A DNA stretch of 63,577 bases, the filler included, from Trichomonas gallinae (lineage: Eukaryota): NCBI GenBank assembly GCA_008369845.1. It is 6 parts of 6 records of this genome, joined end to end, with 100 filler letters (N's around TTAATTAATTAA, not from the genome) between each part and the next. Parts side by side here need not be neighbours in the genome. Positions count along the whole stretch, not along the records: positions 44,482 to 54,525 come from MRSU01001381.1; positions 54,626 to 59,138 come from MRSU01001396.1; 4 more parts are not named here. One strand, written 5' to 3'. Under the pieces are notes generated by a model. It saw only the letters and a program-made list of their open reading frames with translations, had not been told where the DNA came from and did not search any database. The translations under genes and the position numbers were made by a program. Shown here piece by piece: positions 45,527 to 55,499 of this stretch (position 1 is its first letter; each line of letters opens with the position of its first letter).

Positions 45527-46363
45527 TTATTCATCCCAATTTTCCCAACATTCGTGATCTTTACATGCTTCATCGAATGTTTCATACCAGATTCTATTGA
45601 ATTCAGGGTATCCACAGCCGCATTCATTCATTTTCGCGCGACCACATTTCCATGGCTTTTTACAAACGAAATGGGCCACTTTCATGATTCCATCTTTATA
45701 TGCTTTTCCAAACCCAGTGTCTGCAATTCTCGGAAGATTATATTTCGCCTCAATTGGATAAAATTTTCCAAAATATGCGTTAATGAATCCCTGATCACCA
45801 GGTGGATGATTCATTCTCTCATACTTCGATTTTTTAATCATATCATGATAAGTTGACATGTTTGGCTTTAATACTAGAACTCCTGTGTTGCAGATCTGAG
45901 GTGGATTTAAATCAGGCACACATGACAATTCTGGCTTGTCAAATAACTCATCCATCCTAGAAAAAGTCAATGTATCCGTATCCAAATAAACTATTTTTTC
46001 GTATTCTGTAAAAGTCCATAATTTCAGTTTTATCCATGATCTTCTGTACCAAAGATGAGGCCTAGGCTCAGGTTGTTCGACAACTCGCCACCATTGTGAT
46101 AATATTCTTCTCCATTTTTCATTGACGTCACTTGTAACGATACAAAGATAAGAATAGTTATCTCCATTGTATTTTCTTAACGTGTGACCTAGTGCAATTG
46201 CTCCCATGCAAAACGCTGGTGATGTTACAGTTGCGAAAGCATATTTAGACTGATTTGTCAACAATGGCATGTCATGGGTTGGATCTGTAGTTGCCTGTAA
46301 GTAAACAAACATGCACGCAGCAATAATTGCTAACGGCGCAAACAAATAAAAATCCAACTCCAT
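45527..46363 (-). CDS. Glycosyltransferase family 8 (glycogenin-like), type II membrane
   Basis: KLKLW..TEYEKIVYLDTD (DxD), NTGVLV, GDQGFIN and HF..KKPW motifs; N-terminal anchor. Confidence 0.92.
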   Translation of the reverse strand: MELDFYLFAPLAIIAACMFVYLQATTDPTHDMPLLTNQSKYAFATVTSPAFCMGAIALGHTLRKYNGDNYSYLCIVTSDVNEKWRRILSQWWRVVEQPEPRPHLWYRRSWIKLKLWTFTEYEKIVYLDTDTLTFSRMDELFDKPELSCVPDLNPPQICNTGVLVLKPNMSTYHDMIKKSKYERMNHPPGDQGFINAYFGKFYPIEAKYNLPRIADTGFGKAYKDGIMKVAHFVCKKPWKCGRAKMNECGCGYPEFNRIWYETFDEACKDHECWENWDE

Positions 46364-47180
46364 AAAAATGAACGTACGAAATCATGTTTTATTCGATTGT
46401 TTTAAATATACACTACATATATAATTAATTTATCATAGAAAATCGGATATTCATCTGAGATTCAAAAAATTACAAAATCATCGATTTAATTATATGAATC
46501 AATCACATAACACATAAATTTAATATTTAGCATCACATTATTCAATTTTATGAGATTTGATTTAATTTCAAATTTCCATGTTTACTTCCTAAGCTACATT
46601 TATTGTTGTTGTTATGGAATGGACAATTTTGGAGATGCTTAATATGTTTACACTATTAAAAATATCTAATATTTACTTATTGAGATTTTCCCTGAATGAC
46701 AAATCTTCCATAAGCATCAGATTTCCCATCTCTATTTTATAATGAAATATAAACAAATATGGTGAATAATTCATATTTTTCTTGTTTTGAGCGTGCCATT
46801 CTTTAATTATTCGAATCACAATTTCGATAACATGTTAAATAGCTATGTATGTATAATATAAAACTAACTATGCTATAGTTAAGTTGTTTGCACTATCAAA
46901 ATCATATATTCATGTTCGACCTCGATAATTTGGTCACTGAACATTTAGCTCTCACATGAAAACACAGTATAATACAGGAATCTAGATCAAAATAGAGCTA
47001 TTTATCACATCCAAAGAACACATTAACTATTAACATTATATATTGAAATTTGGAAGGTAGTCAGTTGCTCAATCTCAAAATTAGAGATGAAATTGGTGCT
47101 TGATAACATGTAAAAAACCAATAGAATTATGAGTTAAAAGTTGTAAAGTGTTTAATTCTGCTTCTTAAAAAGAAGAAGAT

Positions 47181-47375
47181 CTACTCCTTCTTCTGACAGC
47201 CGCAGCCACCCTGCTTCTGGCAGCACTGTCCCTCCTTCTTGTGACATTCACCGCCTTCCTTATGGCATCCGCAGCCACCTTGTTTCTGGCAGCAGCCGCC
47301 CTGCTTCTGGCAGCACTGACCTTCCTTCTTCTGGCACTCGCCTTCTTTGTGGCATCCGCATGGTTGCTCAGACAT
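47181..47375 (-). CDS. Metallothionein-like Cys-rich peptide (64 aa)
   Basis: Repeated CxC/CC motifs (CGCHKEGEC, CCQKQGG); GC-rich codons; TCACT initiator ~15 nt upstream. Confidence 0.8.
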   Translation of the reverse strand: MSEQPCGCHKEGECQKKEGQCCQKQGGCCQKQGGCGCHKEGGECHKKEGQCCQKQGGCGCQKKE

Positions 47376-48289
47376 AATTATACTGAAGTGATGTGATGAT
47401 CACAAAATTTAAAATCATCTGAATTTGAAACCTTTTTCAAAAAAAAACAAGATTATTGTGACTTTGCAATATTATTTCATCATTTTATTTTTTCATAAAG
47501 ATTTTATCGCTTTTCTCTCAAAATATGATCGTTTTTTTAGATCCTAAAAATATGATAAATAAAAAGGGAATTATTTATTTATCATAATTTGAATTGGCCA
47601 GACAAACTTCAATCGATCCCTTCAATATTACATCTTCATGATGGGATTAAAGCCTATCGTTACAAATATAACCATATTATGGGAAATAGATCATGTTTTT
47701 CTAAAAATTATGCTTTATTGAAGAATATTCACAATCTTTTCAAACTTTATTATTTAGCCTTCTTGTTTATAGAAAAGCTTTATTATTAAACTCCTAAGAT
47801 TAAAGCTCCCGATTTACAACGTTTTCTTGATAAAATATTAAATCGAATTAATTCCATGTAAAATCATTATTTTATTTTGCATAAATGGCATTTTGATAAA
47901 TTAATATACCATTATAATGTATTCCAATAGCTGCAATGCCAAAATAAAGCGTTTTTTCTACGCTCATAAAAAGATATATCAATTTTCGAAGAATTTGCGG
48001 AATTCATGGTTGCAATTAAGAATATTCCAACATTAAATCAATTATATATTTTGATACTTAGAAATTATTCTAATGCAAAAAAAAATTGAAATTTTGATAT
48101 AATATAACATAATATTTCAGCATTTGTATATGTTATGCATATAAAGCGAATATGGAATGCAAATAATGCCTTAAATTCACTTTTTCTATTACTTTCTCAT
48201 ATAAAAAAGTATTTTTTTGTCAAGATTTTGTTTATTACTTTGATTTAGTCATAGGCAAATGCAAGAACTGCATTGAAGAAATCTTTATA

Positions 48290-48346
48290 CTATTTCTTGC
48301 AGCACTCATCTTCCTTCTTGCAGCAGCAGTTTTCTTTCTCGGACAT
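48290..48346 (-). CDS. 18-aa Cys-rich micropeptide MSEKENCCCKKEDECCKK
   Basis: Manual translation; preferred codons (TGC, AAG); TCATTTT initiator upstream; shares MSE start and CC-K motifs with the neighbouring metallothionein-like gene. Confidence 0.65.
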   Translation of the reverse strand: MSEKENCCCKKEDECCKK

Positions 48347-48954
48347 CTTTATCCTAAAATGAAGTAATAAATTAAATGAGATGATGTCGTCACTGACAAA
48401 ATTTGAATCAATTTATGTAATCCATGGAATATTTGTTATTCCATATAATTGGATGAATACTGTAGAATTACAGAAGCGATATCAAATATTAGATTCATTG
48501 CCAGAAAACAATAAAATTGGAAGTGTTTCAATTATCAGATTAAAAAAAGCAGGATTGACTGACCAATGCTTAAAAGACCATCAAATATTGTTATAGTAAT
48601 CAATACTGTTAAGGTAATGTATACACACAATAATATTAACATAATAACTACGATGAAAAAATTCAAGAACATCAAATGTTTCTTGGATTCATATTATTAT
48701 TTTTAAGACTCTTATCATCAGGATATATAGTGATTGTAATGTGTTAAAAAATCCTTATTATGCATTCTGTAAATTGCGTAAATTTCATTTTCATATTGTT
48801 GCGAAGATTAACGGCTATTATTGCATTATTATTAAACATGATTAAATGATTACAATAAACATTGAAATGAACAGAGAATTAAGTCAAATGAAGTTGTAAA
48901 TTCATATCATTTAGTTGTGCAGAAATAGAATTTATTCACTAGTATCTCTTTTTT

Positions 48955-49160
48955 TCATCTTCCTATTCGAACATGCTGTTTGCTTTTAGTTGAGAATTTG
49001 CACCATATTTTCAGACTTTTTTCGATTTTATGATGACCATTGTTTGAAGCATAAATCAAAGATGTTGCGATGAGATCGTCTTTTGTGTAAGCATCTGCGA
49101 GAAGATATTTGACTGCTTCATGATGAACTTTTTCTGAAGTCAAAATCAATTCTGTTCTGT
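48955..49160 (-). pseudogene. Ankyrin-repeat remnant
   Basis: TELILTSEKVHHEAVKYLL and TSLIYASNNGHHKI; nucleotide similarity to 5900-6070. Confidence 0.6.
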
Positions 49161-49585
49161 AGTATCCAGGATGATACACTGCCACAAAAATTCATGTCGT
49201 TCGCGGCAAAGAAACAAGATTTGATTATATCCCTTCTGGATTATTGATCCAAGAAGGTTTATTACAGCACGAAAAGTTCAAAAAGGATTTAATATAAGAA
49301 GCTCAACGCTATACAGTTAATTAGCCCATTGATTTACATAAAATAATTAAAACTTTCGTTGACGAACTGTTAGCATCGCCTGTTTTAGCGACATTTGGAA
49401 TATTCGTCGGTCAGCAAATGTCACTGAATGGAAAAGTCATCCCGCCGCCATTTATTAAGTTTAGATCATCAAATCCATCATAAGAATTCGTCGATGTTCA
49501 AGTAAACAGCCGCTGCTCATTCAAGAATGAGCTTTACAGCAACTCAATTGCTCTTCCTCCGATTTTCAAAACATCTCCATTTTAT
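49161..49585 (+). pseudogene. Decayed Piwi/Argonaute fragment (end of PAZ to L2 linker)
   Basis: Frame 49202 reads FDYIPSGLLIQEGL...KDLI*EAQRYTVN*P...LATFGIFVGQQMSLNGKVIPPPFIKF, with stops at 49295, 49322 and 49481. Confidence 0.6.
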
Positions 49586-50288
49586 AGGTATAAGATGTGT
49601 TATCATATTATTTATGGCTTATATAATGATACTTAAACAGGACTAGATGTGAAAATAAGGTATTATTGATATTTTTGTGTGGTGTATAAATCAAATTAAT
49701 AAAGTGATTGAATAATGAAGTGACAATTATGCAATGTATTGCTATGAATATATATATATGTGTTTCGTGCTTGAAATCATTTAGAACACGAGCTAATCGC
49801 GCTCCATGTTTTTGAAAAGTAACAAATCATGGGTGCATTAAATCGAGTCTAGAGGGCAATGGACTAGTATCTATGCAATCTACATTGGATATCATTTGTT
49901 TATATGTATGTGCTCAATCATTTTATCAGTAATCTAAGTGTGCTGGACCTTTTAATTAAGCATCTAGTCATAGGAATCATGACAAGTCCGAGCATTCTAT
50001 AAAGAAGACTCTTCAAGAATGGCCATAAAACATGTTAAAAGCATTTTTATATGCATAGCACTATGGTAACACTGCTATGCTTATATAAGACGATTTCCCT
50101 AATTTGAGGTTCAGAATAGTGTGCTTCAAACTCTCATATAACTAGTTCTGGTAGGAGACTTCGATGAATCGGTCTTTATCATGTCTGTAAAGGACTGGGC
50201 ACTACCATTTGGGTCAAACTCTATGATTCCTAATATATGACAATTTGTCATGTAAATACTTAAAAGTGACATAAGTGACAATTTCACA

Positions 50289-51389
50289 ATGATTGTGAAA
50301 TTTGTCCAATTTTTGTTAAATATTTGCATCAAACTTGCAATATTTTTGCCGTCAAATAGCTGCAAATGCGGAAGTTTCTTAGCAAAACAAACATTTCGTG
50401 AAATAAATCTACATTCCGTTATTTATTCCAACAAAAAATTTACAGATAAACCAATTCTATCACATTTAGAAGTAATTACTGTCAAAGATTCGATATTTGA
50501 ACAAACAATGAACAAAGATGGAACTGGTGGCGCAATAATTGCATCTCTTCCTTTATCTTGCTATAATACACTATTTTTATCGTGTTTTGCAAATTCAATT
50601 GGCGCAATCAGCTGTGTCAATCAAGTAGATCTTGAAAAAACAGTTTTTCAAAATTGCGTTGCCTACAATGTTGGCTGTTTTAAAGTAGATAGAGGACACT
50701 ACAGTATAACAAACAACTGTGGCATAACTGGAAGCAATGCAAATGAAAATGGTGTATTTTTCGGGTATTGGTTGGAATCATTCTTCATTTCTAACTCAAA
50801 TGTGACAGATATAATGACACATAACTATGATACAATCGGATTAATATTCTCTGATCACACAAATTTGAATTTCAATAATTTCGCAAATATATACAGTAAA
50901 GGCGCAACTCCGGGCATATCATTAGTCGATGATCTGAATTTTATTGCTTCCAACTGTGAATTATTTAATATATCAGCGAATTATCAAGATCGTCAAGAAT
51001 TCTTTCATTCCAGCAATTGTAACTCATTGTCCATAAACAGATTCTTTACAAAAGACATCCACATGTTCTTATTCATTGATCAAGGTGGATCTTATTTTAT
51101 TTCAGATTCTGACTTTTCTATTCCCAAAGAAGAGGTTGCTGTCACAGGTAGTAATTGTCCAGATGCATATATTGGGTATATGTGGGTTAGATTTAACGCC
51201 CATTGTGCACTAAAACCTATTGAAATAATTTCATTAAAAATCAAAATCAATGCTCGTACACAATACAAATATCCAAAGACACCCATTGAACCAATAGATG
51301 TAAATAATTATGGAGTTTATTGGGTGACAGGTGCTTTTGCTGGAATTTTACTCGCTTTGTTTTTATATCGAATACAAGGCCTTCATTAA
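50289..51389 (+). CDS. Putative surface protein with Pmp-like/beta-helix repeats and C-terminal TM
   Basis: GGAI, GAI and FxNC motifs; C-terminal hydrophobic helix; start uncertain. Confidence 0.6.
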   Translation: MIVKFVQFLLNICIKLAIFLPSNSCKCGSFLAKQTFREINLHSVIYSNKKFTDKPILSHLEVITVKDSIFEQTMNKDGTGGAIIASLPLSCYNTLFLSCFANSIGAISCVNQVDLEKTVFQNCVAYNVGCFKVDRGHYSITNNCGITGSNANENGVFFGYWLESFFISNSNVTDIMTHNYDTIGLIFSDHTNLNFNNFANIYSKGATPGISLVDDLNFIASNCELFNISANYQDRQEFFHSSNCNSLSINRFFTKDIHMFLFIDQGGSYFISDSDFSIPKEEVAVTGSNCPDAYIGYMWVRFNAHCALKPIEIISLKIKINARTQYKYPKTPIEPIDVNNYGVYWVTGAFAGILLALFLYRIQGLH

Positions 51390-51923
51390 GAAGTTTTCAT
51401 CTTCTATTTCAGTTTTTTGCTCAATATTTTTATTCTTTTGTTTGTATATTATTAAAATATTATATTATTTTGAAATTAAACAAATTCATAATAATATTTA
51501 TTCATTCTAGGTCAAAGAAATGTTAGTATTTGTGTTAAAAATCAAAAATAAAGAAATATATTTCTGATATCAAATTTTATTAAACAACAGCTGATCTCTA
51601 TATAAAAATCATTAAAGCAGCTTATAGGAATGAATATAATGATAATAAAAAGCTGATAAATTTAATTTTTGAAATTTGAAAAACAGATGGTTAAAGTTTA
51701 GAGACCAATTATCAAACGATAAGATCTTTTATGGAAAATAAGCAGAAGCCATCATCCAGTCAATGACATTTCTTATGTCAATTTGAAAACGAATCATTAA
51801 TAATAAGATTTCCAGCACCAAAAACCAAAAAGTTCGCTGCAAAACTAGATAAAGAGCTCGGATTTAGAGTTTTTTTAATGTCAACTTTCGAAATTCTAAA
51901 AAAAAAACTCTTACAAAAAAAAA

Positions 51924-53318
51924 ATGTTTAAACGCGATGAACTTCCCATCGAAACTGGATTTGGTGTGTCCGAAACAGCTTCGAAGGTGTCCAAGATTAA
52001 CGAGCTTATTACGCATTACACGGACTCTATTATCAAATTGAAAAACGAAATTATGGAATTACAGAACTTCTCTTCTCAGTCTAAGATAATTAGCTCACAG
52101 TATGCCGACGATATGCAATATATACTACTTTACAAACTGATGCTAAATGCAGAAGTCAACAAACTGAAATCGTCAAATCCTCAATATGCGAACGGGTTTT
52201 CACAGCAAGTAATGCAGCAATATCAGGGTGATCCTAATGCTGCTGCAAATTTGAGCCAATCTCAACTACAAGCGAATCAACAATATCAAGATTACCAAAA
52301 TAGCCAACAAAATCAAATAAATAACGAAATTAAATATACTATAGAACCAGGAAATCCATTTTTCAACAAGAATACAGTCCAAATCAGTTATCTTATAGAT
52401 TCCAGATCCGTAATCTGCGCAGTTCAGTTTGATCCAAGCGGGCGATTTTTTGCTTTCTCAAACCCGAGAAATCTTCACATCGTTGATGTCAAAAGCGGGT
52501 CAATTCTCTGCTCACCCGAAATTTGCTCGAATTACCCAAGATCTGAATGCCACAGCAGGGATCTGAAATTCTCACCTGATGGAACTATGATAGCGGTTGC
52601 GATTGCTCCTTCATCGATTGGAATCTTTAAACTCGCTACACAACAGATGATAAATAATCTCGAGGGACACATTAAGAATGTTTCGTCATTATTGTTTACA
52701 CCAGACTCGTCTAAGCTCATTTCTGGCGGTTCTGATGGAATAATTTGCGTCTGGGACATGAAAACAATGAAACTCTTGAAAAAGATAACTAATGGAACAA
52801 TTGATCAAGAAGCGCAGGTAAATAAGGAAGGAGCAATCGCGTCAATTGTGTGCGGACCTGGTGGATCCTACTTTGCCGTTGGATTTTCCAATGGAATGGT
52901 AGGAATTTATGACAGAAACTTTGATCGCCAGATGTTCGCGTTTCAGGCGCATAATGAGATGATATTGGCCCTGACAATCACAAACAAAGGCGAGTTAGTG
53001 ACTGCTTCCGGTGATAAAACATTAAAGATTTGGCAAATCTCGCAAAATAATGCTCAAATGAAGCGAAAGATTGAAGGACACTCTCACTTTGTTACTTGCG
53101 CATGTACATCATTCACAAGTCCTTTGCTTTTATCTGGATCGAAAGATGAAACAATTAGAGCATATAATTACGAGAAAAATACACATTTATTCACAGCATG
53201 CGTTCATACAAATACTGTTTTAGGCATTGCTCATCATCCTAAAGAAAATATGTTTGTAACATCATCGGGAGATGGCCTTGTAATTGCCTGGACTTACAAG
53301 CTCCCACCTAACTTCTAA
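51924..53318 (+). CDS. Tup1-like WD40 protein
   Basis: N-terminal helical region, Q-rich linker, seven WD40 repeats beginning SVICAVQFDPSG...RDLKFSPDG...LEGH...LISGGSDG. Confidence 0.72.
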   Translation: MFKRDELPIETGFGVSETASKVSKINELITHYTDSIIKLKNEIMELQNFSSQSKIISSQYADDMQYILLYKLMLNAEVNKLKSSNPQYANGFSQQVMQQYQGDPNAAANLSQSQLQANQQYQDYQNSQQNQINNEIKYTIEPGNPFFNKNTVQISYLIDSRSVICAVQFDPSGRFFAFSNPRNLHIVDVKSGSILCSPEICSNYPRSECHSRDLKFSPDGTMIAVAIAPSSIGIFKLATQQMINNLEGHIKNVSSLLFTPDSSKLISGGSDGIICVWDMKTMKLLKKITNGTIDQEAQVNKEGAIASIVCGPGGSYFAVGFSNGMVGIYDRNFDRQMFAFQAHNEMILALTITNKGELVTASGDKTLKIWQISQNNAQMKRKIEGHSHFVTCACTSFTSPLLLSGSKDETIRAYNYEKNTHLFTACVHTNTVLGIAHHPKENMFVTSSGDGLVIAWTYKLPPNF

Positions 53319-53636
53319 CAAAACGCAGTTATTTTGTTGTTTGATTATAAAATGTTCTATTTCCAAAATTTATCTTTTTATTTTACGTTAAATTAATATC
53401 ACGGCATTCGTAATTTTGTTTTGGCATTTTATGTTGGATTTAAGACTGTTTTTTTAACAAAATTAAAGTTCCACTTTATATTCATTATTAATTAGTAGCG
53501 AAAAATGAATATTTTTTTCACAAAAATGCAAATAATTTCTGATGTTATAAAGGCAGGAAACAACAAAATCAAAACTAGTTCATCAAGAGAATTCAATATT
53601 TTTTATTCTCTATGTGTAGAGCATTATTTATTGTGT

Positions 53637-54525
53637 TTACAAGAGTATAAATGGAAAAATGTAAAGTCTAGATATTCCTCCATAATTTTTGTAGCAGTTT
53701 TTAGTAGCCAAGCATGTGCAGTCTTTAACACACAAAGGACTAATCTTGCTATTTCTGATTAAACCGTTTAAAAACGAAGTATTTCGATTTTCAATTGATA
53801 ATCCGCAGCGTAAACTCTTACAACCAGCAAAAGCATCAGTGCCAACTGTTGTGACACTGATAGGTATGTTAATTATCTGCAAATTCCTGCAACCTTCAAA
53901 AGCGTTGTTGCCAATAAATTGAATGCTTTCACTAGGAATGAGAATCGTGTGCAAATTTATGCAATTCATGAAAGCTAGTTCTGAGATAATCTTTGTTGTT
54001 GCTGGCATATAAAAATACTTGATTGAAGCTGCGGGAGGGAATAATATTAAACTCGATCGGTCGCTGCTGAAAAGCGCACCATTGTCAACAACGAAATTAT
54101 CACTTTCGCATATAATTTTTGATATCGAAACACAGTCTTTAAACGATCCAACGCCGAAAGTTTGCAGTAAAGCATCCCTTTCTATTTTGATTGTCGTTAA
54201 CAGCTTGCAGCCCTTGAATGCACTGTTGCCGACAAATGTTAGTAAAGGTGGAGCAGTGAAATTAGTGATGCTTGCAAATGAAAATGATTCAACATTAATT
54301 GTTTGAAGATTTGGTGGTAAAATGATTTTGATTAAATTCTTGTTGTTGCTAAATGCATAATCAGGAATTTTCGTTAGCTGTGAGCACTCATTTAGATCGA
54401 CAATTTCCATATTGCAGTTTGTGAAACAATATTCGTCCATTCTATTTAGAGTTGATGGGAAAACAACTGTTTGTAAATTCGAACAATCGTAAAATGCATA
54501 ACTATAGATAGAAGTTAAAGTTTGC
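53637..54525 (-). CDS. BspA-like (TpLRR) leucine-rich-repeat surface protein, 5'-truncated by gap
   Basis: IGNNAFEGCRNLQIINIPISVTTVGTDAFAGC repeats; the frame stays open to the gap at 54525. Confidence 0.9.
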
Positions 54526-54625
54526 NNNNNNNNNNNNNNNNNNNNNNNNNNNNNNNNNNNNNNNNNNNNTTAATTAATTAANNNNNNNNNNNNNNNNNNN
54601 NNNNNNNNNNNNNNNNNNNNNNNNN
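54526..54625. other. Assembly spacer
   Basis: N-TTAATTAATTAA-N linker. Confidence 0.97.
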
Positions 54626-54787
54626 AATTAATAATATAGAATGAGCACATAGTGACCATTAAAATGCTAGATTCCCATCAAAAAAATCCCGGTGGAGTGT
54701 TCTTGAGCCCTACTGTAGTGTCGAACCTGACACGTTGAATAAGCAGGGGCCATTTTTGACAATTTTAAAAAATCTGCCGGACTACCT
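54626..54787. mobile_element. Transposon terminus, copy 1 (Kolobok-like, 5'-AGGTAGTCCGG on minus strand)
   Basis: 54669-54787 matches 61316-61434 with 9 differences in 119 bp. Homology ends at ...ACTACCT, followed by TTCA. Confidence 0.65.
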
Positions 54788-55245
54788 TTCAAATCTCTCT
54801 GTGACGGCAAATGACATGGCATCTATATATTTTTCTGCTGCAATTCTATCGCAAATTTCATAGATTTTATCAAAATTCTTTGATGCTTTTGTTTACTGCC
54901 AATTGATCAATTTTGGAAAGTGTCTAGACTCAATGATGGCTGCAATAGAATCTAGGATTTCAATGTGGAGGCATCGATCAAATGATTTGATTAACTCAAC
55001 AAACTTCTTAGAATCGAATATGTCGCCTTCTCCAAAGTCTGCATTAATATGACTAACAGCTTTGAATCTGTCTGAAGTATTGTATTTATTTGAACTTGAT
55101 CGAAAATGTAAAGTGAATTGTCGACATTTAGAATAATGTGCTTCACACATTCAGATAACTGGTCCTGGTCGAGAACTTCGATGAATGTGTCGTTCTTTAT
55201 CATATCCTGGATGCACTGGACACTTCCAACTGGGTCAAACTACAT
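54788..55245 (-). pseudogene. N-terminal remnant of a Trichomonas ankyrin-family gene, cut by the transposon end
   Basis: Overlapping frameshifted ORFs (54991-55203, 54893-55150) continue past a stop to FDKIYEICDRIAAEKYIDAMSFAVTERFE, then run into the element terminus. Confidence 0.5.
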
Positions 55246-55499
55246 TACAAGGATTTAAAAAAAAACTAGTGTATAATATTTAAAAATGTTGGAGAATTTT
55301 TATTATTTTTCTTGTTGGAAAAAATTTTAAACTAATTTTTGCATTTAGTCCAGTTGGTGAAGAATCTTATATAATATAAACTGAATTGCAAAATATGGGA
55401 TCAAATTTTGAATTTAGTTTATATTATTTAATATAGAAAATATTTAAAATAACAATTTTATTTGTTTACATCTACAAGCAAAAATTATAGATCATATGA

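Noticed and set aside
49295..49483. In-frame TAA/TAG suggesting stop-codon reassignment
   Set aside because: TAA and TAG end intact genes throughout the window, and a frameshift is also present, so this is pseudogene decay.
50053..50080. GCATAGCA...TGCTATGC hairpin as a Helitron 3' end
   Set aside because: No correctly spaced CTRR terminus, and a single 8-bp stem is expected by chance.
54715..54735. tRNA gene suggested by GGTTCGA on the minus strand
   Set aside because: No cloverleaf (acceptor, D or anticodon arms) can be built.
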